The notes under the pieces were generated by a model. The model saw nothing but the letters and a program-made list of their open reading frames with translations, did not search any database and was not told the origin of the DNA. Source: Gemmatimonadales bacterium (lineage in GTDB: Bacteria > Gemmatimonadota > Gemmatimonadetes > Gemmatimonadales > GWC2-71-9). From it: a DNA stretch of 64,000 bases. Shown here one piece after another: positions 20,366-30,797 of the stretch. The position numbers were made by a program, and so were the translations under genes. Position 1 is the stretch's first letter. Every line of letters begins with the position of its first letter. The DNA is taken from positions 7,713-71,712 of the forward strand of contig DATMDQ010000111.1 in the NCBI GenBank assembly GCA_035557715.1, in the 5' to 3' direction.

Positions 20366-20487
20366 CCCCACTGTCGCCCGATGAGAACCTCCGGACAGGT
20401 GGCAAGAGGAGTTGGGCGGTCACGCCGTCTTCGGCTCCGGCGTCGTTTCACTCGATGTGGCATCCAGAACCCCCATAAAATCGCAGG

Positions 20488-21708
20488 ATGTGTGGAGGCG
20501 GTGTTTTGCCCACAGTTCAGTCACCTGAGCAGGGTCTGACCGGCCGGTTCGGTCCGTACGGCGGACGGTATGTGCCCGAGACTCTGGTCGCGGCGCTCGA
20601 CGATCTGACGGCTCTCTACGAGGCAGCCCGGCAGGACCCGGCCTTCTGGGTCGAGCTCGAGCACTTGCTGGCGGAGTTCGTGGGCCGTCCGTCGCCACTT
20701 TCCGAGGCGCCCCGCTTCGGCAATACCGTCGGAGCGCGGGTCGTGCTCAAGCGCGAGGACTTGAACCACACCGGTGCCCACAAGATCAACAACACCGTCG
20801 GGCAGGCGCTTCTGGCGCTCAAGATGGGAAAGCGCCGAATCATCGCCGAAACCGGCGCCGGCCAGCATGGCGTCGCCACCGCCACCGTCTGCGCTCGCTT
20901 CGGGCTCGAGTGCGTCGTGTACATGGGCGCGGAGGACGTCCGCCGCCAGCGGTTGAACGTGTATCGCATGGAGCTGCTGGGTGCCACCGTGGTTCCGGTC
21001 GAGTCAGGCACCCGAACTCTCAAGGACGCCACCAACGAGGCGCTGCGGGATTGGGTGACGAATGTGCCGACCACGCATTACATCATCGGCTCGGTCGTGG
21101 GCCCCGATCCCTTCCCCCGCATGGTGCGGGACTTTCAGGCCGTGATCGGACGCGAGGCCCGAGCTCAGATGCTGGAGCGCTACGGGAACCTCCCTCACAC
21201 GGTTGTGGCCTGTGTCGGTGGCGGGTCGAACGCCATCGGGATATTCAGCGGCTTCCTGGATGACGCGGCTGTCAGGCTGGTCGGGGTCGAGGCCGCCGGG
21301 AAGGGGATCGCTACCGGCCACCACAGCGCCACGCTCACAGCCGGCAAGCCCGGCGTGCTTCATGGAAGCTTGAGCTACCTGCTTCAGGACGCCGATGGCC
21401 AGGTCTCTCCAGCCCATTCGATTTCGGCTGGGCTGGATTACCCTGGAGTCGGACCAGAGCACAGCCACCTGCGAGACACCGGCCGGGTCACCTACGAAAC
21501 GGCAACCGACGCCGAGGCGCTGGATGCCTTCCAGCTGCTTTGCCGTCTGGAAGGCATCATTCCGGCGTTGGAGACCGCCCACGCGCTGGCCTGGGTACAT
21601 CGGGCCGCGGGGCAGTGGACCTCCAGCCAGACGGTTCTGGTGTGTCTCAGTGGGCGAGGCGACAAGGACGTTGCTCATGTGGCCGATCTGCTCGGAGGCC
21701 AGGCTTGA
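20488..21708 (+). CDS. trpB: Tryptophan synthase beta chain
   Basis: Contains [15 protein letters not shown] and the PLP motif HTGAHKINN. The start may instead be the in-frame TTG at 20506, which has GGAGG 7 nt upstream. Confidence 0.95.
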   Translation: MCGGGVLPTVQSPEQGLTGRFGPYGGRYVPETLVAALDDLTALYEAARQDPAFWVELEHLLAEFVGRPSPLSEAPRFGNTVGARVVLKREDLNHTGAHKINNTVGQALLALKMGKRRIIAETGAGQHGVATATVCARFGLECVVYMGAEDVRRQRLNVYRMELLGATVVPVESGTRTLKDATNEALRDWVTNVPTTHYIIGSVVGPDPFPRMVRDFQAVIGREARAQMLERYGNLPHTVVACVGGGSNAIGIFSGFLDDAAVRLVGVEAAGKGIATGHHSATLTAGKPGVLHGSLSYLLQDADGQVSPAHSISAGLDYPGVGPEHSHLRDTGRVTYETATDAEALDAFQLLCRLEGIIPALETAHALAWVHRAAGQWTSSQTVLVCLSGRGDKDVAHVADLLGGQA

Positions 21709-23393
21709 CGACGGAGCAGACGTCAACCCAGCTGCTGCCGGCCTCCCAGGTTTCGGAGCTGATCCAGACTATCGTCAAGGCGCTTCGTGCCTTCCAGATG
21801 TACCTGCCAAACAATCCCATCTACCAGCGCGCCATTCAGAACGTGCGAACTGCCCTTAATCCGGTCTGGGCCGCCACCGACGAGCTGAACCTCCGTATTG
21901 CGGAGTCCGATCTGATCTGGGAGGAACAGTCGGTCTACCACCAGGTCAACCGGAGCGAAAGCCTGGCCTGGAGCCTGTTCAAGGATGGCATGCGCGAGCT
22001 GACCATCCACAAGGGCGCGGAACAAGACGAGCTGCCTCTCCTGCTCGCGACCATCAACAAGGCGCGCTTTCTCCCGGCCGATGCCGGCGACGATCTGCTG
22101 ACGCTGCTATGGGCGCTGGAATTCGAGAGCATCAAGTACCGCTTCATCGATTTCTTCGACGAGGGCGGCGGAGAGCTCCCGGGTCCCTCGGGATCGCCGG
22201 CCGGAGGATCGGCGACTGCCGAGGAGCGCCGGGCTCGGGCCGCGGAAGAGGCTGCCGAGGAGCGCCCGAAAGGTCTCATCGACATCGACGAAGTTGATTC
22301 CACGCTCTACTTCCTTGATGAAGACGAGATCAACTATCTCGCGGGAGAGCTGGCGGAAGAATACAAGCGCGACGTTCGGGGAAGCGCCCTCAACGTGCTG
22401 TTCGACCTGATGGAGACCCAGCCGGAAGGGAACGTGCGCGACGAGATTCTCGGGGTGCTCGATCAGCTCTTTCCCAACCTCCTCACCAGCAGAGATTTCC
22501 GGAGCGCGGCGGCGATCCTTCGCGAATCCAAGCTCCTGAAGGATCGAGCTCCCAACCTCCGCATGGAGCAGGTTCAGCGACTCGACGGATTCGTGGCGCG
22601 CCTGAGCGAGCCGGCGATCGTCGGGCAGGTCCTCCAGTCGCTTGACGAGGCGAGCGGTCTGGGACTCGACCAGGAGGCGGCCGCCCTGCTGCGCGAGCTC
22701 CGGACGACGGCGCTGGAGCCGCTGATAAGCTGGCTGCCGAATCTGTCCTCTGCGCCACTGCGCAAAATGCTGGAAGGCGTGGTCGACAAACTGGCCGGCA
22801 GCAGCATCGCCGAAGTCCAGCGCCTGCTTCGCCAGCCCGACTCGTCAGCCCTCTTGGGCGTCGTGGAGCTCTGTGGCCGACTCCAGCTGCACCATGCGGT
22901 GCCGGGCTTCACTGATGTAATTTCGCACACCGACCCGGCCATCCGGCTGGCGGCAGTTCAGACCCTCACGCAGCTGGGAACCCCAGGCGCCCTCACCCTG
23001 CTGGACCGGTCGATCGATGATGCGGATCGCTCGGTGCGCCTGGCGGCGGTCCGCGGCGCGGGCTCGCGCGGCTACAAAGGTGCCCTTCGACGCATCGAGG
23101 CGGTGGTGCTCGGCAAGTCATCGAAGCCGGTCGACCTCACCGAGAAAATGGCGTTCTTCGAGGCCTACGGAGCTATTGCGGGCGCTGCCGGCCTCAAGGT
23201 GCTCAGTACAATTCTGCTCCAGCGCGGTTTGCTCAAGATGAAAGAGCCACCGGAAACCCGGGCCTGTGCGGCCGTGGCCCTAGGCCGGATCAAGAGCCCC
23301 GAAGCTCGCGAGCTGTTACAGCGGGCCGCTGACGATAAGGATCTCGTGGTCCGGAACGCCGTGAACCGGGCGCTGCGCGGAGCTGCGTCATGA
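21705..23393 (+). CDS. HEAT-repeat protein with an uncharacterised N-terminal module
   Basis: The TTG at 21705 is preceded by GGAGG (21694-21698, 6-nt spacer) and overlaps the trpB TGA. The C-terminal ~200 aa carry HEAT/PBS-lyase-like repeats ([49 protein letters not shown]). There is an acidic linker. The N-terminal ~110 aa resemble the N-terminus of the next gene. Confidence 0.75.
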   Translation: MTTEQTSTQLLPASQVSELIQTIVKALRAFQMYLPNNPIYQRAIQNVRTALNPVWAATDELNLRIAESDLIWEEQSVYHQVNRSESLAWSLFKDGMRELTIHKGAEQDELPLLLATINKARFLPADAGDDLLTLLWALEFESIKYRFIDFFDEGGGELPGPSGSPAGGSATAEERRARAAEEAAEERPKGLIDIDEVDSTLYFLDEDEINYLAGELAEEYKRDVRGSALNVLFDLMETQPEGNVRDEILGVLDQLFPNLLTSRDFRSAAAILRESKLLKDRAPNLRMEQVQRLDGFVARLSEPAIVGQVLQSLDEASGLGLDQEAAALLRELRTTALEPLISWLPNLSSAPLRKMLEGVVDKLAGSSIAEVQRLLRQPDSSALLGVVELCGRLQLHHAVPGFTDVISHTDPAIRLAAVQTLTQLGTPGALTLLDRSIDDADRSVRLAAVRGAGSRGYKGALRRIEAVVLGKSSKPVDLTEKMAFFEAYGAIAGAAGLKVLSTILLQRGLLKMKEPPETRACAAVALGRIKSPEARELLQRAADDKDLVVRNAVNRALRGAAS

Positions 23394-24844
23394 CCCAGCC
23401 CGCTGGCGGCGACGCCGGACAGTCCGCACCCGAGGGCCAGCTCCGCCAGGGTGGACGGTCGCTGCTGCTCGCGCTATATGCCGCGTTGCGCAGCATCAAG
23501 ATGTATCCGGTCGAGAACACCACGGTGCAGAAGGCGCTCGACGACCTGGATGTCTCTGCCCGCTCCTTACTCGAGGCCGAGGTCGAGCTGGAAATTCGCG
23601 TGGCCGGCGACTTCCTGTTTGTAAACGGCACCCGCTTGCGGGTCGAGCTCGACAACTACGCGTCCTTCAGCCACATCCTTGCCATGCTGCGGGCCTTCGA
23701 GATCGGGGTCCTGCACATCCGGGCCGGCATGGAGCGGCGAGAGTGGCAGATCTTCCTCGGCTCGCTGCTGAACCTCAGCCAGCAGGGGCAGGCGGACGAA
23801 CGTCTGGAGGAGCTCCAGGAGAAGCTGGATTCGGCCAAGGTGACTCACCTGGAGGTGGAGCGCGCGCAGGCCGAGGGCGGAGCGTCGGAGCAGGACCGAC
23901 ACCAGGCCAAGCGGGTCTATTCGGAGGGTGTAGCCGTAACTCGCGACATGGTGAGCGGTATCCGCCTGGGGCGGGGACCTCGCCTCAAGCGGGTGAAGCG
24001 AGCGGTCCAGCTGGTGGTCGATCAGGTGCTCAACAACGAAATGTCCATGGTCGGCATGACCACGGTTCGGGATTACGACGAGTACACCTTCACTCACTCG
24101 GTCAACGTCTGCATCTTCTCCGTGGCACTGGGCAAGAAGCTGCGCTTCTCCAAGGTCCAGCTCTACGATCTCGGTATGACCGCCCTGTTGCACGACGTGG
24201 GCAAGGCGCGGGTGCCGGCTGAAATTCTCAACAAGACCGGAAACCTCGACGAGCGCGAATGGAAGTTCATTCAGCAACACCCCTGGATGGGCGCGCTGAC
24301 GCTCTTTGGTTTGCGCTCGTATGAGGAAATCCCGTATCGCTCCATCCTGGTGGCGCACGAGCACCACATGAAGATGGATCTCACCGGGTACCCCAAGACG
24401 ATCCGGCCCCGTACGCTGGGCATGTTCTCTCGAATCGTTTCGGTGGCCGATGGATTCGATGCTGCCACCACCCGGCGGGTGTACACCACAACGCCGATCG
24501 AACCGGACCAGGTTCTCAAGGAAATGTGGGACAATCCCAAGCGGGGCTACGACCGCGTGGTCGTGAAGGCGCTCATCAACCTCATCGGCGTCTACCCGGT
24601 GGGCACCTGCGTCATCCTCGACACCCTGGAAGTGGCCATCGTAGCTGGACCCAACCCGGATGCTCCGCAGCTCAATCGTCCGTTGGTGCGCATTGCCGTG
24701 GACGTGGACGGCGGCTCTGTGCCGCTGCCTGGTAACGAGGTGAGTCTCGCGGAAAAGGACGAGAGCGGAGCCTATAAGCGATCTATCGTTAAGGTCACCA
24801 ACCCTGCCCGATTCGGACTGACGCCTGGCGACTACTTTGTCTGA
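23390..24844 (+). CDS. HD-GYP domain protein (predicted c-di-GMP phosphodiesterase)
   Basis: 484 aa. HD-GYP motifs LLHDVGK and HEHHMKMDLTGYP are present. It has an unassigned ~200-aa N-terminus. The ATGA overlaps the upstream stop. Confidence 0.88.
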   Translation: MTQPAGGDAGQSAPEGQLRQGGRSLLLALYAALRSIKMYPVENTTVQKALDDLDVSARSLLEAEVELEIRVAGDFLFVNGTRLRVELDNYASFSHILAMLRAFEIGVLHIRAGMERREWQIFLGSLLNLSQQGQADERLEELQEKLDSAKVTHLEVERAQAEGGASEQDRHQAKRVYSEGVAVTRDMVSGIRLGRGPRLKRVKRAVQLVVDQVLNNEMSMVGMTTVRDYDEYTFTHSVNVCIFSVALGKKLRFSKVQLYDLGMTALLHDVGKARVPAEILNKTGNLDEREWKFIQQHPWMGALTLFGLRSYEEIPYRSILVAHEHHMKMDLTGYPKTIRPRTLGMFSRIVSVADGFDAATTRRVYTTTPIEPDQVLKEMWDNPKRGYDRVVVKALINLIGVYPVGTCVILDTLEVAIVAGPNPDAPQLNRPLVRIAVDVDGGSVPLPGNEVSLAEKDESGAYKRSIVKVTNPARFGLTPGDYFV

Positions 24845-25628
24845 GTCCGGCCTGGCGCCGGTCTGGACCCGCCTCCGGTCCGCGGGACGCAAGGCCCTCA
24901 TCCCCTACCTCACGGCCGGATACCCGACGCGGGGTGAGAGTGCGGACGCACTCCGTTCCGCCGCCGAGGTGGCCGATATCATCGAGGTCGGCGTGCCGTT
25001 CAGCGATCCACTCGCCGACGGGCCGACCATCCAGCGCTCTACCTTTGAGGCACTTCGCCAGGGCATGACCCTGGCCGGGACGCTGGATCTCATCGCCCAG
25101 GCGGATCTCGCCCGACCGGTCGTCATATTCAGCTACCTGAACCCAATCCTGCAGTTCGGCATGGCTCGGTTTCTCCGCAGCGCTGAAGAGCTGGGTATTG
25201 CGGGCCTCCTGTTGACCGACCTGCCGGCGGGGAGCGATCCCGCGGTGGAGTCGGCAGTGCAGCTAAGCGGAGTGGATCTCATTCGGCTGGTGGCGCCGAC
25301 CACCCGGGCCGAACGTCTGGCGGTGACGCTCCAGGGGGCCCAGGGTTTCGTGTATCTGGTGGCACGCCTCGGTGTAACCGGCGCCAGCTCGTCCGTGGCG
25401 CTCGAGCTCCGGGACTCGGTGGCCCGGGTGCGCAAGGCTTCGTCTCTCCCCCTGGCCGTGGGGTTCGGCATCTCCACGCCGGAGCAAGCTCGCGAGGTCA
25501 GTCGGATGGCCGATGGCGTGGTGGTGGGCAGTGCACTGGTCGAGATCCTGGGGCGGGACGGCGTCGGTGCCGCGCGGAGCTTCCTGGGAGCTCTGCGTGA
25601 GGCGCTCGACAGGGGAGACGCGCGATGA
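24837..25628 (+). CDS. trpA: Tryptophan synthase alpha chain
   Basis: 263 aa with motifs [26 protein letters not shown] and GFGIS. The start is TTG and overlaps the HD-GYP gene by 8 nt. Confidence 0.92.
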   Translation: MSESGLAPVWTRLRSAGRKALIPYLTAGYPTRGESADALRSAAEVADIIEVGVPFSDPLADGPTIQRSTFEALRQGMTLAGTLDLIAQADLARPVVIFSYLNPILQFGMARFLRSAEELGIAGLLLTDLPAGSDPAVESAVQLSGVDLIRLVAPTTRAERLAVTLQGAQGFVYLVARLGVTGASSSVALELRDSVARVRKASSLPLAVGFGISTPEQAREVSRMADGVVVGSALVEILGRDGVGAARSFLGALREALDRGDAR

Positions 25629-27706
25629 CGGTCAGCATTCCGAAGCTGCTACGTGCCTACACCACAATGCTTCTGGCGGGCGGATCGGTCCTCACCGCGA
25701 CGGTGCTCGTCTGGGATCGCGACTGGATCGACCAGCCGGTGGCCACCCTGGCACTCATCGTCAGCATCTTTGTGCTCCGCTCGGTGCCGGTCCGGTTGAG
25801 CAAGTACTCGTACCTCACCCAATCCGGAATTCCGACGCTGGTTGGCGCTGTCTGCGTCGGCCCCGCACCGGTAGTTGTGGGGCTCTGGGTCGGCGTGGTG
25901 GCCGCCGACGTCTTTGGGCTGCGCAAGCATCCGCGCGCCGGCCTGGTCAATTCCGGCCGCGAAGTCATCGGATTCGTGGCGGCATTCGGCCCGTATGCTG
26001 CGATCCTGGCCCTGAACGGCACCACCGAGCTCACGGTGGACTTTCTTCCCGCCGCTGCCATTCTGGTTTCGCTGTACTTCTTCATCACCCGGGCGCTGTT
26101 CTACTTCAGCCTGCTCATCCGCGACAAGCTGGAGAACGCCGAGAAGATCCTGATTCTCCGCTGGGAGATCAGCTCGTACCTGCTCACTCTGATCGGCACC
26201 ACCGTTGTGATCGCGGCCCTGGCCACGTTGGCCCCGGTGGGCTGGGTGGCGGTGCTGCTGGCGCTGGGGGTGCTGGGCCTGCTCACCCGGCAAATTCTCG
26301 ACGAGGCAATCGGTGCCGAGGATCTGAACAAGGTTCACCTGATGGAAGCGGCGATCGCGAGCAACGCCACACTCCAGGGATCCTTTGCCCAGATAGAACG
26401 CCTGGCCTACCGGCTCCTCGACTGGGGCGACTTCAGGGTCTATCGGGTGTCCGGCTCCGACTCCTCCTTGGCGTACCGCAGCTCGCTCGGGCGGGCGAAC
26501 AGGAGCGAGCCGGCACCCTCGATCGGTCCACTGCGCAGTGAGGCGGTCACCTCCAGAGAGCCGGTGGTCGTCAGGGATGTGCGTGCGGACGACCGGCTGA
26601 CCGATCTCGGCGATGACGTCAGGATGCTGGTAATCCACCCAATCCGGTTCGGTGAGGAGATCCTCGGCACGCTCGAGGTGGAGCACCATAAGCGACACTT
26701 CTACGGCCCCAAGGATCTGGTTGCCATGAGTACCCTGGCCGGCCAGATGGCCACTGCGATTCATATCGCCGAGCTGCGGCGTCCGCTGGTGCTCACCGTG
26801 GGACAGATCGGCGAGCAGGTCACCTCGCTGGCCCGCGTAGCCGACTCGCTCCGTGCCTCTGCCACTGCGCTGGCCGACGTCTCCCTCGGCATGCGCCAGG
26901 GCGCAGTGGAGCTGGAGAAATTCGCGGCCGGCGGACTGAAGGCCACGGGATCGCTCGCCAAGGCGTCCCAGGAGATGATGGATCAGGGCGCCCAGGCGGC
27001 CACTGCCAGCGGCACCGCCGCCGTGGTCGCCGCCCGCAACCGGGTGGTGATCGGCGACGCCATCTCGCGCCTGGTGGAGCTGAAGGGCTTTGTGGCTGTC
27101 GGGGCCGACAAGGTAGCGGCGCTCGGGGCACTCACTCACCGCATCACCGGTTTCATCGGCACCATCCGTGAGATCGCCGACCTGACCAACCTCATCGCCC
27201 TGAACGCGGCGATCGAGGCGGCGCGCGCCGGCCGGGAGGGGCGTGGATTCGCGGTCGTCGCCTCCGAGGTGCGAGATCTGGCGGCGCAAAGCCTTCAGGC
27301 TGCTCGTGAAGCCGGCGTGCTCCTGGGAGAGATCACGACCCAGGTGTCCGCCGTCTCCGGGCAGATGGAACGAGGCCGCGAGGTGGTGGCTGGAGTCGAG
27401 GAGCTCAGCGCCGACGCTGCGAAGGCGCTCGACGCCATCGTGGGTACCACCGGTGAGGCGGGAGGGCACGCCAAGGCGATTGCGGCCACGGCCGCCGAGC
27501 AGCGGGACGCAGTCAACTCACTCACCGGTCAGATCGAACAAGTGGCCGCGAGCTCGGCCCGAAGCCGCGCCGACACCGACACCCTGGCGCGGCGGGCCGG
27601 CGAGGCGGCGGCAGGGCAGGCGGACCTCGAACGGGCCATCCGCGAGCTCGGCGAGCTGGCAACCGACCTCCAGCGGATCGCAAGCCACTTTGCCACCGAA
27701 GGCTGA
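25625..27706 (+). CDS. Polytopic membrane protein with a GAF domain and an MCP signalling domain
   Basis: 693 aa. It has about 6-7 predicted TM helices in the first ~210 aa and a central GAF-like region ([17 protein letters not shown]). The C-terminal highly conserved MCP hairpin is [30 protein letters not shown]. The ATGA overlaps the trpA stop, and GGGGAG lies 6 nt upstream. Confidence 0.85.
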   Translation: MTVSIPKLLRAYTTMLLAGGSVLTATVLVWDRDWIDQPVATLALIVSIFVLRSVPVRLSKYSYLTQSGIPTLVGAVCVGPAPVVVGLWVGVVAADVFGLRKHPRAGLVNSGREVIGFVAAFGPYAAILALNGTTELTVDFLPAAAILVSLYFFITRALFYFSLLIRDKLENAEKILILRWEISSYLLTLIGTTVVIAALATLAPVGWVAVLLALGVLGLLTRQILDEAIGAEDLNKVHLMEAAIASNATLQGSFAQIERLAYRLLDWGDFRVYRVSGSDSSLAYRSSLGRANRSEPAPSIGPLRSEAVTSREPVVVRDVRADDRLTDLGDDVRMLVIHPIRFGEEILGTLEVEHHKRHFYGPKDLVAMSTLAGQMATAIHIAELRRPLVLTVGQIGEQVTSLARVADSLRASATALADVSLGMRQGAVELEKFAAGGLKATGSLAKASQEMMDQGAQAATASGTAAVVAARNRVVIGDAISRLVELKGFVAVGADKVAALGALTHRITGFIGTIREIADLTNLIALNAAIEAARAGREGRGFAVVASEVRDLAAQSLQAAREAGVLLGEITTQVSAVSGQMERGREVVAGVEELSADAAKALDAIVGTTGEAGGHAKAIAATAAEQRDAVNSLTGQIEQVAASSARSRADTDTLARRAGEAAAGQADLERAIRELGELATDLQRIASHFATEG

Positions 27707-28130
27707 CCGCCAGCGGCATAGGGAGCTGGCCTACGTTGCACTCGGCAGCAACCTCGGTGATCGCGCTGAGCACCTCCGCCGAGCCCGGGAGGCGCTCGGA
27801 TCCCTGCCCGAGACCGATCTGCTGCGCGAGTCCGTCATCGAGGAAACCGCGCCGCTCGGTGGCATGCAGCAGCCACCCTACCTCAACCAGATGGTGCTAC
27901 TGAAGACCGGGCTCGAGCCTCGCGCCCTGCTCCAGGCCTGCCAGGCGATCGAGCGAAGCGAGGGCCGGGAACGAAGCGAGCATTGGGGTCCTCGGACCCT
28001 GGATCTCGACATCGTCCGGTTCGGCTCCCGGCGGGTAACCGACAGCGACCTTATCATTCCTCATCCCGAGCTGTCCAATCGCGACTTCTGGCAACGAGAG
28101 CTGGCGGAGTTGAGCTCCCATGAACGCTGA
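27699..28130 (+). CDS. folK: 2-amino-4-hydroxy-6-hydroxymethyldihydropteridine diphosphokinase
   Basis: HPPK motifs [18 protein letters not shown] and IPHPEL are present. The start is uncertain: TTG 27699 or CTG 27726. The 295-aa ORF-track form overlaps the MCP gene in another frame. Confidence 0.82.
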   Translation, partial: KADRQRHRELAYVALGSNLGDRAEHLRRAREALGSLPETDLLRESVIEETAPLGGMQQPPYLNQMVLLKTGLEPRALLQACQAIERSEGRERSEHWGPRTLDLDIVRFGSRRVTDSDLIIPHPELSNRDFWQRELAELSSHER

Positions 28131-28932
28131 AGCCCGTCCCCTGTCGGTGCTCGACTTGGTCGCGATGAAAGCGGCGGGCCGCCGCATCGTCATGCTGACC
28201 TGCTACGATGCCGCGTTCGCCCGGCTGCTGGAGCAGGCCGACGTAGACGTACTGCTGGTGGGCGACTCGCTGAACCAGGTGCTCGCCGGTCACGAGACCA
28301 CACTGAGCACCACCCTCGACCAGATGATCTATCACGCTGCTGCGGTGCGCCGCGGCTCCCGCCGGGCGCTGGTCTTCGTGGACCTTCCGTTCCTCACCTA
28401 CCAGGTGTCCATCCCGGAGGCGATCCGCAATGCAGGACGAGTTCTCCAGGAAACTGGCGCGCACGGCGTGAAGCTGGAAGGCGGCAGCCACATGGCCGAG
28501 ACGGTGGGTGCGCTGGTGGAGCGGGGCATACCCGTGATCGGGCATCTCGGACTCACCCCTCAGTCGGTTCACGCGCTCGGCGGCTACCGGGTCCAGGGAC
28601 GGGATGAGAACGCCGCCGAGCGGCTGCTCTCCGACGCCAAAGCGCTCGAGGCTGCCGGGGCGTGCGCCATCGTGCTGGAGCTCATTCCCGCCGCGGTTGC
28701 GGGACGGATTTCGAAGTCGCTTACCATTCCGAGCGTGGGCATCGGCGCCGGCCCGCAATGCGATGGCCAGGTTCTGGTCCTGCACGACATGCTCGGCCTC
28801 AACGAGCAGTTCGCCCCGAAGTTCCTCAAGCACTACGCCAAGCTCGGTGAGTCGGTGCGCTCCGCGGTGCGCAGCTACGCCAGCGAAGTCCGCGAGGGGA
28901 AGTACCCGGGCAAAGAGCACAGCTTTGAGTGA
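28120..28932 (+). CDS. panB: 3-methyl-2-oxobutanoate hydroxymethyltransferase
   Basis: 270 aa with motifs MLTCYDA, LLVGDSL and KLEGG. Confidence 0.93.
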   Translation: MNAEARPLSVLDLVAMKAAGRRIVMLTCYDAAFARLLEQADVDVLLVGDSLNQVLAGHETTLSTTLDQMIYHAAAVRRGSRRALVFVDLPFLTYQVSIPEAIRNAGRVLQETGAHGVKLEGGSHMAETVGALVERGIPVIGHLGLTPQSVHALGGYRVQGRDENAAERLLSDAKALEAAGACAIVLELIPAAVAGRISKSLTIPSVGIGAGPQCDGQVLVLHDMLGLNEQFAPKFLKHYAKLGESVRSAVRSYASEVREGKYPGKEHSFE

Positions 28933-28951
28933 AGGCCATTAGCCCTCTTCC

Positions 28952-29806
28952 ATGCTCGAGCTCATCACCTTCCCCGATCTCAAGTCCTGGAGCAGGGCCC
29001 AGCGCTCCGCCGGCCGGCGGATCGGCTTCGTCCCGACCATGGGATATCTCCACGAGGGCCACCTGGCCCTGGTGGACGAGGCCAGACGACGGGCGGATGT
29101 TGTCATCCTCAGCATCTTCGTCAATCCGCTTCAGTTCGGTCCGGCAGAGGATCTGGCCCGCTATCCACGGGACCTCCCGCGCGACCGGGGGCTCGCTTCG
29201 GCTCGGGGTGTAGACGCGATCTTCGTTCCCACTAAGGCCTCGATGTATCCAGTGGAATCGGAGGTGCGTCTGGCGCCGGGACCGATCGCCGATCGGTGGG
29301 AAGGTGCCGCCCGACCGGGGCACTTTGCCGGCGTGCTGACGGTGGTCGCCAAGCTGTTCCACCTGGTGGAGCCCGATCTCGCCTGCTTCGGCCAAAAGGA
29401 CATCCAGCAGCTCACCCTGATCAGGCGTATGGTGCAGGATCTCGACTTTCCGGTGGAGATCGTCGCCGTGCCGACGGTGCGGGAGCCCGATGGTCTCGCG
29501 CTGAGCAGCCGAAACGCCTACCTGGGATCGGAGGACCGCAAGCGCGCCGTCGTGCTGAGCCGCGCGCTGCAGGCGGCGCACCAGGCCTGGCGTGACGGTG
29601 AGAGCAGAGCCACGGAGCTGGAGGTTCGAATGCGGCAGGAGCTGGGCCGGGAGCCGGCCGTGGCGGTCGAGTATATTTCGATCGCAGATCCCGAGACGCT
29701 CGCACCAGTGGAAACGGCGGACCATGGTACCGTCGTGTCCCTTGCAGCGCGAATCGGCGGCACCCGCCTCATCGACAACATCAAGTTGGGAGTAGGAATC
29801 TGCTGA
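28952..29806 (+). CDS. panC: Pantoate--beta-alanine ligase
   Basis: 284 aa with motifs GFVPTMGYLHEGH and SIFVNPLQF. Confidence 0.93.
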   Translation: MLELITFPDLKSWSRAQRSAGRRIGFVPTMGYLHEGHLALVDEARRRADVVILSIFVNPLQFGPAEDLARYPRDLPRDRGLASARGVDAIFVPTKASMYPVESEVRLAPGPIADRWEGAARPGHFAGVLTVVAKLFHLVEPDLACFGQKDIQQLTLIRRMVQDLDFPVEIVAVPTVREPDGLALSSRNAYLGSEDRKRAVVLSRALQAAHQAWRDGESRATELEVRMRQELGREPAVAVEYISIADPETLAPVETADHGTVVSLAARIGGTRLIDNIKLGVGIC

Positions 29807-29838
29807 ACGAATCGGACACGGCGCCTCCACCGGGCCGA

Positions 29839-30405
29839 ATGCCCCCCGGACTGCGGCCCACGTTGCCCGAGTGGGCCGTCGTCACGCCGGCACGGATGGA
29901 CCACATCCAGCGTGTAGCGCAGCTTGCATCGGGGTGGGCCGAAGCTATGGGAGTGCCCGACTCGGAGCGGAATCGCTGGCTTCGCGCGGTCTGGCTCCAC
30001 GATGCGCTGCGTGACGCTTCGGCGGAGGAGCTCGCCAAGTGGGCCGCGACAACTCCCGGACCCCAGGAGCTGTGGCACGGCCCCGCGAGCGCCGCGCATG
30101 CCAAGGCGCAAGGCGAGGTCGACCGGGGTGTGCTCGACGCGGTCCGGTATCACTCTGTCGGCCTCGCCGAGTGGGATATGGTGGGACGGATCCTCTATTG
30201 CGCCGACTTCCTGGATCCGGCGCGCAACTTCGATCGCGAGATCCGCGCCGAGCTGGCCGCGCGGCTGCCCCGAGACCCGGGTGGCGTCCTCCGCGAAGTC
30301 GCCCGCGCGCGCCTCCTCCACCACATCAAGACCGGATGGCCCATTCTCGACCCTACAGTCCGATTCTGGAACAGCCTCGCCATCGCTGGCTCTGGCTCGC
30401 GCTGA
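29839..30405 (+). CDS. HD-domain phosphohydrolase (YqeK-like)
   Basis: 188 aa. The pattern H..RV...A, LHDALRD, HGPASA, RYHSVG and YCADFLDP resembles the YqeK/HD superfamily pattern. Confidence 0.6.
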   Translation: MPPGLRPTLPEWAVVTPARMDHIQRVAQLASGWAEAMGVPDSERNRWLRAVWLHDALRDASAEELAKWAATTPGPQELWHGPASAAHAKAQGEVDRGVLDAVRYHSVGLAEWDMVGRILYCADFLDPARNFDREIRAELAARLPRDPGGVLREVARARLLHHIKTGWPILDPTVRFWNSLAIAGSGSR

Positions 30406-30797
30406 GCGCAGGGCTGATCCTGCTCGCGGCGGGAAGTGGCTTCCTGCTGCGGGGCGAGCGCGAGAAGGAGCCGGCCAACCACGCGTTTGCCGTCCCGCCG
30501 GTTCGAGGCCGGGTGATGATCGAAGTGCTGAACGGCACCAGGAGGCAGGGTGTGGCGCGCACCGCCACCCGGATGCTGCGGGGCAGGGGCCTGGACGTGG
30601 TCTTCCTCGGCAATGCCGACTCGGCTGAAGCATTGACTCGAGTGATCGTTCGCCGCGGTGATGCGGAGCGAGCCCAGTATGTGGTGGATGTGCTCGGCGC
30701 GGGTAAGATCGTGGTCGAGCCCGATACGTTTCGTCGAGTGGACGTGAGTGTGATTTTGGGGGAGGATTTTCGGCCGGTGCTTGATATCCATCCGTGA
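30336..30797 (+). CDS. LytR_C-domain membrane-anchored protein
   Basis: One TM helix (WLWLALSAGLILLAAGSGFLL) is followed by a LytR_C-like segment (VEVLNGTRRQGVA..VILGEDF). The start at ATG 30336 is tentative and overlaps the upstream gene by 70 nt. Confidence 0.55.
   Translation: MAHSRPYSPILEQPRHRWLWLALSAGLILLAAGSGFLLRGEREKEPANHAFAVPPVRGRVMIEVLNGTRRQGVARTATRMLRGRGLDVVFLGNADSAEALTRVIVRRGDAERAQYVVDVLGAGKIVVEPDTFRRVDVSVILGEDFRPVLDIHP

Noticed and set aside
20366-20487. A possible attenuator or terminator hairpin (GCCG-tctt-CGGC / CGCCG-N10-CGGCG followed by TCGTTT) lies between the trpF stub and trpB.
   Set aside because: The stems are only 4-5 bp and the U-tract is poor. There is no leader peptide with Trp codons. 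This is too weak to call, and it may be debris of the deleted trpF.
29095-29115. GTCATCCTCAGC inside panC resembles the REP-like element core GTCATCCTGAGCG.
   Set aside because: It lies in frame within conserved PanC sequence (VVILSIFVNPLQF) and has no complementary arm nearby, so it is a coincidental match.
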